From an uncultured virus (IMG/VR IMGVR_UViG_3300048817_000099) (taxonomy: Duplodnaviria > Heunggongvirae > Uroviricota > Caudoviricetes), in IMG/VR virus record IMGVR_UViG_3300048817_000099: DNA of 64,000 nt, one strand, 5' to 3'. Positions 1 through 10,075 of this stretch are shown piece after piece (the first letter of the stretch is position 1; the number at the start of each line of letters is the position of its first letter). The notes under the pieces were generated by a model. The model had not been told where the DNA came from. It saw only the letters and a list, made by a program, of their open reading frames with translations, and did not search any database. A program made the translations under genes and the position numbers.

Positions 1-86
1 CCCATCTTTAGATGTGGGGAGGAAGTCAACATCGAGTACGTGAATCCCTGCCGAGAGGATGGTTGCGATTGCCAATGGGGCCGGGG

Positions 87-1238
87 ATGAACAAGAAACA
101 CACCACCGTCCTGCTCGTGCTAGTCGTGCTTGTCGCAACGGCGGCGGCCTATCAGTTGAACGCTCCCGCGTCACAGGCCTCCTCGACGTACTGCGCCAAG
201 CACCCTGGTCACGGTAAGCGTTGCCCGCCGACCACCACAACCGTCCCGCCGACCACGACGACCATGGCAAAATCCCCGCCATTCGTGGTCGTGTGCGGCA
301 TCGGGCTTTGTCTCGACGGACAGTCGTTCGTCGTCAAGGGCGCCACGGCCTACGGCCAGTACGGCAATCCTGCCTCGGAGATAGCCCTGGCCAAGTCGGC
401 CGGGATCAACACCATCGAGCTGGTGGAGTTCGACAAGGACTACCACACGTTGTCGGACACCGAATCGGCGGACACGTGGGACCGGGTGGACGCCTTCGTA
501 GCGGCAGCGCAGGCCGCCAGCGAGCACGTCATCCTCAACCTGTCCGAGTACGGGCAGAGCTTGCAGGCAGCGGGCGACAACGCCGTCACCACCGACTGGG
601 GCCCCTATCTGAGCTTCGTCGCCCACCGCGTCAACACGGTCTCGGGCGAGACCTACGCCACCGACCCGACCATCGCCATGGTGGAACTGTGGGGAGAGAT
701 TCCGGCACCCGACGGCGACGGGGGCGGCTGTTCGTGCACCACAGCTCAGATGCAGTCGTTCTTCACCAACACGCTGGCCGAGTGGCATGCCCTCAGCCCC
801 GTCCTGGTCAGTAGCGGGGGGTTCAGCTACCTCAACGACTCGGGCAGCGGCATCCCGTGGCAAGCAGTGATGAGCGACCCCGACGACGCCACCTGTGACA
901 TGGAAATCAACTCCACTCCCGACCTGGACACCACCACACCCGCGGTCACGAGCTACTGCGGGGGGCTCGGCAAGCCCTGGTTTCTCTCGGCCTGGTCCAG
1001 TTGCCTCGGCTCCTCCCAGTTCTCGGGTGACCTCGACCACTTCCCCACCGACGCGGCGATGGCCACCCACGCCACGCAGATGTATTCGGTGGCCAGAGGG
1101 GGGCAGCCGGCGTCCTACCCGGCCATGGGGACCGACTTTTGGAACCTCCAGGCGGACAGCTCAGAGGCGTCCGGCAGCTGTGACATCGGGCCCCAGGTTC
1201 CGGACACGTGGGCAGCCGTGCAAGAGGCGGCAGCGTAA
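87..1238 (+). CDS. Secreted glycoside hydrolase family 5-like (cellulase/mannanase TIM-barrel) protein
   Basis: Signal peptide MNKKHTTVLLVLVVLV, P/T linker, then LDGQSFVVKGATAY...RVNTVSGETYATDPTIAMVELWGE resembling GH5 mannanases; ATG at 87 chosen over the ORF-track start at 12. Confidence 0.6.
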   Translation: MNKKHTTVLLVLVVLVATAAAYQLNAPASQASSTYCAKHPGHGKRCPPTTTTVPPTTTTMAKSPPFVVVCGIGLCLDGQSFVVKGATAYGQYGNPASEIALAKSAGINTIELVEFDKDYHTLSDTESADTWDRVDAFVAAAQAASEHVILNLSEYGQSLQAAGDNAVTTDWGPYLSFVAHRVNTVSGETYATDPTIAMVELWGEIPAPDGDGGGCSCTTAQMQSFFTNTLAEWHALSPVLVSSGGFSYLNDSGSGIPWQAVMSDPDDATCDMEINSTPDLDTTTPAVTSYCGGLGKPWFLSAWSSCLGSSQFSGDLDHFPTDAAMATHATQMYSVARGGQPASYPAMGTDFWNLQADSSEASGSCDIGPQVPDTWAAVQEAAA

Positions 1239-1300
1239 GCCACTGAGATAGCATCGCTGAGCGGTCACCGTGGCCGTAGGTAACGCTTGTCCCTGCGTGA

Positions 1301-1350
1301 CGAGAACGGCCCCTCTGGACTACCCGGTCCGAACTGAGGGGCCGTTTCTC
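1301..1350 (+). terminator. Hairpin, probable terminator
   Basis: gagaacggcccctc...gaggggccgtttctc inverted repeat downstream of the first ORF. Confidence 0.5.
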
Positions 1351-2160
1351 GTTCCCGACGCCAGGCGTGCCCAGGCACTAGCGTGGGCGTCAATGCAGAT
1401 AAGGCCCACCTGGACGCGACAAAGCCCCCGCAAAAAGCGAGGGCCGTCGCACGATCCATCCATCTGCAACAAATCAACCAGACAGCACAGAGGGGAAAGG
1501 AGTCGTCTGACGACACTGTAGCCGATTCCGTTCCGAACGTAAACGTTCGTCGAGCTAGCGGCAAAACTCCGGGCAGTGCCCGATGATAACGACAAGCGAT
1601 CACTCTCCAGTGAGGAGAGGTGCCCCACTACGAAAAGGGACCGATCCACCGTTCGGCCTGCAAGCAGGGTCGACGCTCTTAGACACGACAGGCGAACAGC
1701 CCCCTCAAGGCCAACGTCATCGGTCGGTAAAGCGAGGTTGAGACGGGCGATTGTCTGAACGTCACCAGCTGGAATACGCAGCGCCCCGTGGACCACGACC
1801 ATCGGCCACGAGAGCCTGCCAGCTTCGACGTACAGCGGTTCTGGGTGAAAGCCCGGCCCCTACGGCCAGAGGTCCGCCGGAGAAAGGACAGCAGGGGCCA
1901 CGGCGAAAAGCGTCAAAACCGACTGAGGGGTCGGGGCAGCGACGTAGCCGTGTGGTGAGGGGAGTGATTCGCCGGGACCGATGTCCCACTTGTTGGACCC
2001 CGTATAGAGCGGCGTTCACAGGTTCCCGCTACAGACAGGCTTGGAAAGACCCAACCGACTAGAGAGACCTATCTCTTTCCAGCCCCCTGCGAGGGGAATC
2101 TTGAGCGAAGCGCGGACTGAGACACGCCTGGTGGTCTGTCACACCCGGGTCGTAGGATTG

Positions 2161-2173
2161 CGCTAACGTTTAC
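2161..2173 (+). promoter_or_regulatory. CGCTAACGTTTAC motif copy upstream of the recombination operon
   Basis: Exact 13-mer recurring about 10 times in the window near gene starts. Confidence 0.75.
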
Positions 2174-2200
2174 GTTTATCAACCAGACAGGAGAGTGACC

Positions 2201-3400
2201 ATGAAAATCGTCAGGTTCACCGCGGAGAACGTCAAGAGGCTGAAGGCGGTCGAGATAGAGCCTTCGGGCGATGTCGTCGTCATCGCTGGTCGTAACGCTC
2301 AAGGCAAGAGCTCCATCCTCGATGCCATTTGGTTAGCCCTTGGCGGCGGCGCTGCGGCAAAAGAGACCACCCGTCCCATCCGTGACGGCGAGGACCACGC
2401 CAGCGTCGAACTGGACCTCGGCGACCTGGTGGTCACCCGGACGTGGAAGGACGGGAGCACATCCCTCCGAGTCTCCAACCACGACGGGGCCTCCTACAAC
2501 TCGCCGCAGAAGATGCTGGACAAGCTGGTCGGCGGTCTGTCCTTCGACCCGCTGGAGTTCGCCCACCAGGCAGCCAAGGACCAGGTGACCACCCTGCTCG
2601 ACCTGGTGGAGTTACCCTTCGACCCCGACGAACTGGCTGCCCGGCGCCGGGGTATCTTCGATGACCGCACCGACATCGGTCGCGAGGTCAAGGCCCTGGA
2701 GGGAGAACTGGCCGGCCTGCCGGAAGTCGACCCCGTACCTGAGCCGGTGGACACCGCCGAGGTCATGGCCCAGATGGAGAGGGCGTTGCTCGACAACCGG
2801 ACCCGTGAGGCGGCCGAGGACCAGTTGGCAACGTGCCGAGCCTCGGTGACCGAACTGGAGGACCGTCTGGCTCAGGCCAGGCTGGCTCTCACGACCGCGA
2901 TAGCCGACCTCGGCAGTCTGCCCGACATAGTCGACACCGAACCGCTACGGGAGACCCTGGCCAGTGCTGCTGAGGTCAACGCCGTGGTCGCCCAGCATGA
3001 GAAGCGGGAGACGGTCGTCTCCAAACTGGACCTCGCTCGGAAACACCGTGACGCCTTCACCGCCAAACTGGAGGCCCTCGACGCCGAGAAGGCCACCGCT
3101 CTGGCTGAGGCTGACATGCCAGTCGATGGACTGAGCTTCGACGAGGACGGTGTGCTCTACCAGGGAATCCCGTTCAAGCAGGCGTCGGCGGCTGAGCAGC
3201 TCCGGGTGTCGATGGCCATGGCGATGGCCGCCAACCCCGCCATCCGAGTCGTTCGTATCACTGACGGGTCGCTGCTTGATTCCGAGAACATGGCAGTTAT
3301 TGCCGAGATGGCGAAGGCCACCGACACTCAGGTGTGGATTGAGAGGGTCGACGACACCGCCGGTGTGGGCATCATCATCGAGGACGGAGAGATTGCGTGA
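2201..3400 (+). CDS. SbcC/RecF-like AAA ATPase with coiled coil
   Basis: ENVKRL start, Walker A GRNAQGKSS, long coiled coil, signature-like ASAAEQ, Walker B-like VVRITDG; RBS ggagag. Confidence 0.8.
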   Translation: MKIVRFTAENVKRLKAVEIEPSGDVVVIAGRNAQGKSSILDAIWLALGGGAAAKETTRPIRDGEDHASVELDLGDLVVTRTWKDGSTSLRVSNHDGASYNSPQKMLDKLVGGLSFDPLEFAHQAAKDQVTTLLDLVELPFDPDELAARRRGIFDDRTDIGREVKALEGELAGLPEVDPVPEPVDTAEVMAQMERALLDNRTREAAEDQLATCRASVTELEDRLAQARLALTTAIADLGSLPDIVDTEPLRETLASAAEVNAVVAQHEKRETVVSKLDLARKHRDAFTAKLEALDAEKATALAEADMPVDGLSFDEDGVLYQGIPFKQASAAEQLRVSMAMAMAANPAIRVVRITDGSLLDSENMAVIAEMAKATDTQVWIERVDDTAGVGIIIEDGEIA

Positions 3401-4194
3401 CTCCGGCCAAACAGAGTCTCGACGAAATCCTCGCTGAGCACTCCGGGCCCGGTCGTGGACGGTCATCGACGGTCAACATGTCGGACCGGGAGGCCGCGGA
3501 GAAGCGTCATATCTATTCGGACCCACGCACGGGGGAACGGGTTATCGGCGTGACCACCGTTGTCGGCTGCTACGACTCTGGGGACAAAATCGGCGCGGGT
3601 GCCGGGGCCGCGGCGAAGCTCATCCGCTCTGGCGTGGATTACCGAAAGCAGTGGAACGAGAAGAAGGACCTCGGCTCCCGTATCCACGAACATGTGGCTA
3701 GATGGGCCGAGGGGAAGACCGCCGACGTGCTCGAAGAGGACATGGGCCACATGGACGCCTTCGAGAACTTCTGCCGAGCCGAGAAGCCTGAATGGATTGC
3801 CACCGAGCGCGCCGTGGTGGGTGACGGCTTCGGGGGGAAGCTCGACCTCATCGGGTGGTTGCCGAAGCGCGAGTCCTATTGGCTACTGGACGCAAAGTCG
3901 GGCCGGCCTTACAAGGCCGAGCTGCTGCTCCAACTCGCAGGGTATGCCGGGTCCGACGGGTTCATCGTCTATGACGAATCGGGCAAGGCCGTCGGCATCG
4001 AACCACTACCTCACATCGAACGGTGGGGCGGTCTGTATCTGAGTGGGGACGGGACGTACTTCCTGGCCGAACCGGACCTGCCGAGAAAGGACGACCCCCG
4101 CACCATCGCTGAAATCCAAGAGGACGCCATGTCGGCGTTCCGCCATCTCCTCGCCGTGAAGGCGTGGAGCAAGACCGTAGGGAAGGACCAATGA
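3397..4194 (+). CDS. PD-(D/E)XK exonuclease (RecB/Cas4-like phage recombination nuclease)
   Basis: GVTTV, GSRIH, E..V, GKLDL, LLDAKSG, QLAGY motifs. Confidence 0.8.
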   Translation: MTPAKQSLDEILAEHSGPGRGRSSTVNMSDREAAEKRHIYSDPRTGERVIGVTTVVGCYDSGDKIGAGAGAAAKLIRSGVDYRKQWNEKKDLGSRIHEHVARWAEGKTADVLEEDMGHMDAFENFCRAEKPEWIATERAVVGDGFGGKLDLIGWLPKRESYWLLDAKSGRPYKAELLLQLAGYAGSDGFIVYDESGKAVGIEPLPHIERWGGLYLSGDGTYFLAEPDLPRKDDPRTIAEIQEDAMSAFRHLLAVKAWSKTVGKDQ

Positions 4195-5027
4195 CCACCA
4201 CCGACCAGCCAGAAGAGGCACCGCCCCAACTGTGGACGCCGCCCGAGACACTGCCCAAGACGCCGTACAAGGCCCCAGAGGGCGACGACGCCCAGACAGC
4301 CGAGGGGAGGATTGAGGGGCCGCTCAAGGCGCTCAGAGAACCGTTTGACGCCAAGGTGGTCGGTATCCTGCCCAAGCCGTATCGCAAGGACTCGGAGAAG
4401 AAGAACTGCCCGGAGTGCGGTGGGTTCCATGGGATGCCCGCCGCTCATCTCAATTACGTCGGCCACGCTGCCGTCACTGACCGGCTTCTGACCGTCGATG
4501 CCCTGTGGAACTGGGAGCCGTTGGCCTACAACGACGACGGACTTCCACTGCTCGACGGCGCCGGCGGCATGTGGATCAAACTCACCGTGGCGGGGGTCAC
4601 CCGGCTCGGCTACGGCGACGGTGGGGACCCGAAGGTGCGAATCGGGGATGCCATTCGGAACGCGGCCATGCGGTTCGGTGTAGCCCTCGAGTTGTGGACA
4701 AAGGACGAACTCGAGTCTCTCATCGGCAACAATAAGGTCGCCACTCGTCGTAAGCCTCCCAAGAGTTCCACGCCGACGACCAAATCACGTCGAACCGCGC
4801 CGGCCACCGACCCGGCCACCGACGGTCAGGTCGGCATGACCGCCCAGCACCGCAACCGGCTCATCTCCCACCTCGGCCACCTCGACCCGCCCATTCTGGG
4901 AGGGGACGCACAGATGCTCAAGGTGCAGTCTTTGCTCAACCTGGACGAGGCGAAGCCGTTGGTCAAGCTGACTCAGGAAGAGGGCGAGAAGTTGTTTGAG
5001 ATCCTCGGCATAAAGGCCACGACGTGA
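4191..5027 (+). CDS. Rad52/Sak-like single-strand annealing protein
   Basis: HLNYVGHAAVTDRL...DAIRNAAMRFGVAL; located next to the exonuclease. Confidence 0.7.
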   Translation: MTTTDQPEEAPPQLWTPPETLPKTPYKAPEGDDAQTAEGRIEGPLKALREPFDAKVVGILPKPYRKDSEKKNCPECGGFHGMPAAHLNYVGHAAVTDRLLTVDALWNWEPLAYNDDGLPLLDGAGGMWIKLTVAGVTRLGYGDGGDPKVRIGDAIRNAAMRFGVALELWTKDELESLIGNNKVATRRKPPKSSTPTTKSRRTAPATDPATDGQVGMTAQHRNRLISHLGHLDPPILGGDAQMLKVQSLLNLDEAKPLVKLTQEEGEKLFEILGIKATT

Positions 5028-5821
5028 GTCGTTGGGCCGATGGCCCTTTGCTCGGATTTGACCTCGAGTCGACTTCTGCCGAACCGATTACCGCTCGCCC
5101 AGTGAGTTTTGCTCTTTGTCATTTTGACGCCGGCCAAATGGTCAAGACCCGATATGCGCTCATTGACCCTGAGATGCCGATACCCGAAGAGTCCACTCGC
5201 ATCCATGGAATCACCGACGAGATGGTCAAAGAACGCGGTGGCAGTCTGGAAAACTCGGTGGTCGGTATCGCTGGCGAACTGGTCGCCGCCGACGCGGCCG
5301 GCACGCCGATAGTCGGGTGCAACATCACGTTCGACCTCACGATTATCGACGCGTGCCTGCGGCGTATTGAGGACGGGGTGGGACTCCGAGAAGTGGGGTT
5401 CCAGGGCAACTGCATCGACTGCCAGGTTGTGGACCGCCGCATGGACAAGTTCCGCCGCGGCTCCCGCACCCTACTCGCCCTCTGCGCCCACTACGGGGTC
5501 GACCTCGGGGGGGCACACAACGCCGCCGCCGATGCCACGGCCTCGGTCCGGGTGGCGTTGGCCCTGGCCGAGAAGTACCCCGAGGTCGGGGGGATCGAGC
5601 CGTATCTTTTGCACGCGCAACAGAAGGCTTGGAGAGCCGAATGGGCGGTCGACTTCGCCCGCTACCGGGCCGAGAAGGGCCAGGAGCCGCTGGAGGAGAG
5701 TGCGGGGGACTGGCCGCTGATTGGCGAACGCTCCGAGGTTGCCTCTGAGTCCGCACAGACGGCCCCAGGAGGCGACGAAAGCCCCGAGGGGGACGGAAGT
5801 ACCGGAGGGGGGGAATCGTGA
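5024..5821 (+). CDS. DnaQ-like DEDDh 3'-5' exonuclease
   Basis: FDLEST, IHGITDE, NITFD, HNAAAD motifs. Confidence 0.9.
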   Translation: MSRWADGPLLGFDLESTSAEPITARPVSFALCHFDAGQMVKTRYALIDPEMPIPEESTRIHGITDEMVKERGGSLENSVVGIAGELVAADAAGTPIVGCNITFDLTIIDACLRRIEDGVGLREVGFQGNCIDCQVVDRRMDKFRRGSRTLLALCAHYGVDLGGAHNAAADATASVRVALALAEKYPEVGGIEPYLLHAQQKAWRAEWAVDFARYRAEKGQEPLEESAGDWPLIGERSEVASESAQTAPGGDESPEGDGSTGGGES

Positions 5822-6140
5822 ACGAGCCGACGCTTGTCGGGGCGCCAGCGCCAAGGATTAGTCGTTGCACCCCCGTCACATTGGACGTACCATGAACAGG
5901 CCCTAGACGCGAAGAAACGAGCACCGATCCACCCAGATCCGGTGCCCGTTCCTTCTTGACGAACTATCGAGGAGTTCGACCGATGCCTACGCTACCCCAA
6001 GATGGTCACAACGTAAACGTTAGGCCCGAATCTGCCACCGAGGGTGACCGGCCCATACGCCTGTCCGAGTCCATCCGAGCGTGGCTGGAGAGGCTGCCCG
6101 AGGGGCCACGTAGGGCGGTATTGCGGGGGATGGCGGAGGG

Positions 6141-6785
6141 GTGAGCGATACCGAACGCGCTTGGGTGTGGGATCACTCCCCTTATTCCGGAAACGCAAAA
6201 CTGATCCACCTCAAGATGGCCGACTGGGCCAACGAAGGCCATGAATGGATGCTTTGGTGCGGTGACATCACCTTGGCTGAGAAAGCTTCGTGTACTCGTA
6301 GGAGCGTCGAACGGACCAAGGCCAAGATGGTCGAAGACGGGTACTTGGAGGATCTTCATGAGCGCCACGAAAACGGCAATCTCCTTTACAGATTCCTCAT
6401 GCCCGGTACCGACCAATGCGACATTTTGTCCAAAACCAATGCGACATTTTGTCCGACCAATGCGACATCTCGTCCCATCGCACCTATTACTAACCAAAGA
6501 GAACCAAAGAGTGCGCGCTCTCGTCGTAAACCCGAAACTTCCTTTCCGGTTGGCCAGTTCATCATCACGGACGAAATGCTGGCATGGGTGGCAGAGAAAG
6601 ACTTCGGCTATCTCGACCTACGCATGGAGACCGAGTTATTCAAAGACCACGCTCTAGCGAATGATCGACGAGTTCGAGATTGGGTAGCGGCATGGCGCAC
6701 ATGGATCAGGCGGGCGGCCAGATACAACCCGAAGCCGGATCCCACCACGGACCGAAGCCACATCCCGATTGAGTCATGGCGTTGA
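6141..6785 (+). CDS. Replication initiator (N-terminal HTH, lambda O-like layout)
   Basis: N-terminal HTH (LAEKASCTRRSVER), internal iterons, C-terminal DWVAAWRTWIRR. Confidence 0.7.
   Translation: MSDTERAWVWDHSPYSGNAKLIHLKMADWANEGHEWMLWCGDITLAEKASCTRRSVERTKAKMVEDGYLEDLHERHENGNLLYRFLMPGTDQCDILSKTNATFCPTNATSRPIAPITNQREPKSARSRRKPETSFPVGQFIITDEMLAWVAEKDFGYLDLRMETELFKDHALANDRRVRDWVAAWRTWIRRAARYNPKPDPTTDRSHIPIESWR
6412..6468 (+). repeat. Iterons, probable replication origin
   Basis: ACCAATGCGACATTTTGTCC at 6412 and 6435, partial third copy at 6456, followed by an A-rich tract. Confidence 0.75.
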
Positions 6786-6979
6786 TTCCCGAACCCCCCA
6801 CGCAACGCCTCAAAGCTCTACGCGGTCTCGAAGCCATGGTGGCCGAGGACGCCGAGACCACGATTCGGGAAATGGTCGACTCCGGCTGGGAGTGGGAGAC
6901 GGCCCGGGACGCCTACCGCGACTGGGTGGTCGAAATGTTCGGCGCTGCCGCCGACCGGGGCGCCGATCTGTGTCGATAG
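6776..6979 (+). CDS. Hypothetical protein
   Basis: 67-aa ORF overlapping both flanking genes. Confidence 0.55.
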   Translation: MALIPEPPTQRLKALRGLEAMVAEDAETTIREMVDSGWEWETARDAYRDWVVEMFGAAADRGADLCR

Positions 6980-8598
6980 AAGTCGTCCTCGCCGCCTTCA
7001 CCGAACACGGCTCCCCGCCGAAGGGGAATGGGCCGAAGTGGTCAGCGTGCTGTCCAGCTCACGACGACCACAACCCGAGCCTGTCCATCACCGAGAACTC
7101 TGACGGGCGCGTCCTCATCCATTGCCAGGCCGGGTGTGAACTCTCAGCGGTCCTGGTTGCCCTCGAACTGGACATGCTGGACCTGGCTCCCCCAAATACC
7201 CGTAGAGGGGCTGACAACGGACTGTGGACCCCACGCGGCGAAGCCCTGATGGCCTACGACTACGCCGACGAGGAAGGGACGTTGCTCTATCAGGTACTCC
7301 GGCTGCCGGACAAGAGTTTCATGCAGCGCCGGCCCGACCCGACCCGACCGGGAAAATGGGTGTGGCGCCTGGAGGACGTGCGGCTGGTCCCTTACCGGCT
7401 GAAAAAGGTGCTGGCCGCCATCCGTGACGGGCAAACATGCCTGATAGTTGAGGGCGAAAAGGACTGCCACTCGCTAGAAGGAATCGGTCTCACCGCCACC
7501 TGCAATTCGGGCGGGGCCGGGAAGTGGCGGGCTGAGTTCGGCCGGTTCTTCGACGGCGCCGATGTCATCGTGGTGGCCGACAAGGACACACCCGGCTATC
7601 GGCACGCCAGGTCGGTGGTGGAGAACCTGCGGGACAACGGGGCGACGGTCCGGCTCGCCGAGGCCGCGGTGGGCAAGGACGTGACTGACCACCTAGCAGC
7701 GGGATTCACCGTGGAAGAACTGGTCTCTCTGGACGACGCCGACATCGAACCCGACCTGGCACCGGACCTCCACGAGTTCCTGGCCGTCGACGACGAGTTC
7801 GACTGGTTGGTACCGGGCCTGATTGAGCGGGGCGACCGGCTGATGCTGACCGGCAGTGAAGGGACGGGCAAGTCCCATTTTCTGAGGCAGATCGCGGTGT
7901 GCCTGGCCGCTGGCATCAATCCGGTGGGGTTCGCCCGCATCGACCTACTCCGGATCCTGCTCATCGACTGCGAGAACGGGGCCCGCCACACCCGCCGGCA
8001 GCTGCGCCCGCTCCGGGACATCGCCAACGCCGCCGGCCGCCCGATCCCCGTCGGCTCCTTGCGGATCCTCATGCGGCCCTCAGGGTTGGACTTGACCGGA
8101 GAGGACGACTCGGCCTGGTTGCTCGAGCGGGTCATCGCCCACAAACCCGACGTGCTCATCATCGGCCCGCTCTACCGGCTCCACGCCCAGAACCCCAACG
8201 AGGAGATGCCCGCCCGCCAGACCATCGCCGCCCTCGACGCGGCTCGGATTGCGGCGTCCTGTGCTGTCATCCTGGAGGCCCACGCTGGCCACGCCCAGAA
8301 CGGCAAGCCCCGCGACTTGCGTCCTACCGGGTCGTCTCTGTGGCTCCGGTGGCCCGAGTTCGGCTACGGCCTGGCCGCCACCGAGGTCGACGACAAGGAC
8401 CGGGCCACTAAGGTAGACCTGAAGGCATGGCGCGGACCTCGGGACGAACGGGAGTGGCCCCGAGCGTTCACCCGCGGGAAGCCCTCAGAATGGCCCTGGT
8501 TGTCCACCAGCCGTCCTCAACCGACCCCGCTGCCCCTACCCGCACCAGCGGCTCAGCGGTCCTTCTCGGAGCCTCTAGAGAGAGACCAGGCGTTCTGA
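6970..8598 (+). CDS. Primase-helicase (Zn finger + TOPRIM + RepA/AAA_25-like helicase)
   Basis: CPAHDD...HCQAGC, VEGEKD, ADKD, Walker A GSEGTGKS; GTG at 6970. Confidence 0.85.
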   Translation: MSIEVVLAAFTEHGSPPKGNGPKWSACCPAHDDHNPSLSITENSDGRVLIHCQAGCELSAVLVALELDMLDLAPPNTRRGADNGLWTPRGEALMAYDYADEEGTLLYQVLRLPDKSFMQRRPDPTRPGKWVWRLEDVRLVPYRLKKVLAAIRDGQTCLIVEGEKDCHSLEGIGLTATCNSGGAGKWRAEFGRFFDGADVIVVADKDTPGYRHARSVVENLRDNGATVRLAEAAVGKDVTDHLAAGFTVEELVSLDDADIEPDLAPDLHEFLAVDDEFDWLVPGLIERGDRLMLTGSEGTGKSHFLRQIAVCLAAGINPVGFARIDLLRILLIDCENGARHTRRQLRPLRDIANAAGRPIPVGSLRILMRPSGLDLTGEDDSAWLLERVIAHKPDVLIIGPLYRLHAQNPNEEMPARQTIAALDAARIAASCAVILEAHAGHAQNGKPRDLRPTGSSLWLRWPEFGYGLAATEVDDKDRATKVDLKAWRGPRDEREWPRAFTRGKPSEWPWLSTSRPQPTPLPLPAPAAQRSFSEPLERDQAF

Positions 8599-8601
8599 GA
8601 G

Positions 8602-8781
8602 ATGAAGGTAGGTTCGTTGTTCTCAGGAATCGGCGGTATTGATTTGGGCCTAGAACGGGCCGGAATGGAAGTGGCTCATGGGGTTCCCGCTCGGGTGGAC
8701 CGACTTAGAGCTCTCGGAAACGCCGTAGTTCCACAGGTCGCAGAGTTCGTTGGGCATCGAATCATGGAAGCTGCGTCGTGA
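8602..8781 (+). pseudogene. Internally deleted C5 cytosine DNA methyltransferase (59 aa)
   Basis: Hand translation MKVGSLFSGIGGIDLGLERAGMEVAHGVPARVDRLRALGNAVVPQVAEFVGHRIMEAAS: motif I fused to motif X, no catalytic PC motif. Confidence 0.85.
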
Positions 8782-9161
8782 GCCGCCCCCACTGCCAGAC
8801 AGGCAAGAAATTGTTCCGCTCCGAAGAACAGGCCAAGCGCGCCCTGACCCTCATCCGCCAACACGAGGACGACGGCAAAGGAAAACCGACCCGGTGGTAC
8901 GAGTGCCCCTTCGGCCCCGGCCGCCACTACCACCTGACCAGCCAGACCCTCAAGGAGTACGGCGGCATTCCCCGCCACCCGAGAGAGCCCGAACCCCCGG
9001 TCGAGCTGACCCCGCTGGAGCGGGCCGAGCGGGACCGGGACACGCTGGAGCGAATCGTGCGACGCTGTATCGCCGAGGGGTGCCAGACCTGCATGCGCTC
9101 GCCGGACTGGGGACTGTTTCAAATCCAGCACATAACCACCACCACCGAAGGGACACCATGA
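8778..9161 (+). CDS. Hypothetical Cys/His-containing phage protein
   Basis: CQTGKK...YECPF...HYHLTS; GTGA/ATGA coupling with neighbours. Confidence 0.6.
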   Translation: MSRPHCQTGKKLFRSEEQAKRALTLIRQHEDDGKGKPTRWYECPFGPGRHYHLTSQTLKEYGGIPRHPREPEPPVELTPLERAERDRDTLERIVRRCIAEGCQTCMRSPDWGLFQIQHITTTTEGTP

Positions 9162-10075
9162 GCGGCAAAAGCGAAATCGAATGGACGGACTCCACTTGGA
9201 ACCCAGTGGTCGGCTGCAAGGCTGTCTCGCCGGGGTGTGACCACTGCTACGCAGCTCGGGAAGCGAGCGGTCGGCTCAAGGGAATCCCGGTCTACGCCGG
9301 ACTGGCTGCGGACGGTGTGTTCACCGGCGAGGTTCGCTGTCTGCCTGAACGACTCGACCAACCGCTCCACTGGCGGAAACCGCGGCGGGTCTTTGTCAAC
9401 TCCATGAGCGACTTGTTCCACCCGGCAGTGCCCGAGCGTTTCATCAGCTCGGTATTCGACGTGATGGGTGACGCCAACTGGCACACCTACCAAATCCTGA
9501 CCAAACGTCCGCAACGGATGGCCGCCGACCTCAAGGTCTGGCACTCCCGATGGGACGAGGCGGACTCAACGGACGCGATGAACGGGTGGTTTCCTGAGCC
9601 CCATGTCTGGTTGGGAACGTCAATTGAGTCTGACCGTTGGACTTGGCGGGCGGACTATCTCCGAAAGACCCCGGCCGCCGTCCGGTTCCTGTCATGCGAG
9701 CCGCTGATTGGTCCGTTACCATCGCTGGACCTCACCGACATCGACTGGGTCATCGTTGGAGGCGAGAGCGGGCCGAATGCCCGACCGATGCACCCGGACT
9801 GGGCGCGAGACATCAGGGACCGTTGCATCGAAGCGGGTATCCCGTTCCTGTTCAAACAATGGGGAGCATGGGCGCCCGATGACGAACTAGAACTCCAGAG
9901 TGCCGATGACCACAATCGGTTCACTATCGAACCGTTCTGGTACAAGACGTGGGAGGGAGTCGACATCACCCGATGGCGGGGCAAGGTGCCGTTCCGAACG
10001 CTCGACGGTCGTCTTTGGGACGAGTACCCCGACATGACAAACGCCCAAAAACTTTTAGCGGGGATGTCACAGTGA
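9158..10075 (+). CDS. DUF5131 / phage gp37-gp68 family radical-SAM-like protein
   Basis: IEWTDSTWNPVVGCKAVSPGCDHCYA, VNSMSDLFH, WVIVGGESG, FKQWG. Confidence 0.92.
   Translation: MSGKSEIEWTDSTWNPVVGCKAVSPGCDHCYAAREASGRLKGIPVYAGLAADGVFTGEVRCLPERLDQPLHWRKPRRVFVNSMSDLFHPAVPERFISSVFDVMGDANWHTYQILTKRPQRMAADLKVWHSRWDEADSTDAMNGWFPEPHVWLGTSIESDRWTWRADYLRKTPAAVRFLSCEPLIGPLPSLDLTDIDWVIVGGESGPNARPMHPDWARDIRDRCIEAGIPFLFKQWGAWAPDDELELQSADDHNRFTIEPFWYKTWEGVDITRWRGKVPFRTLDGRLWDEYPDMTNAQKLLAGMSQ

Noticed and set aside
1560..2100. Group II intron or IscB omega-RNA
   Set aside because: No domain V, reverse transcriptase or adjacent IscB/TnpB; only isolated hairpin resemblance.
3397..4194. Cas4 as part of a CRISPR-Cas locus
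   Set aside because: It sits in a standard ATPase-exonuclease-SSAP recombination operon 34 kb from the RAMP-like gene, and I see no Cas4 Fe-S cysteine set.
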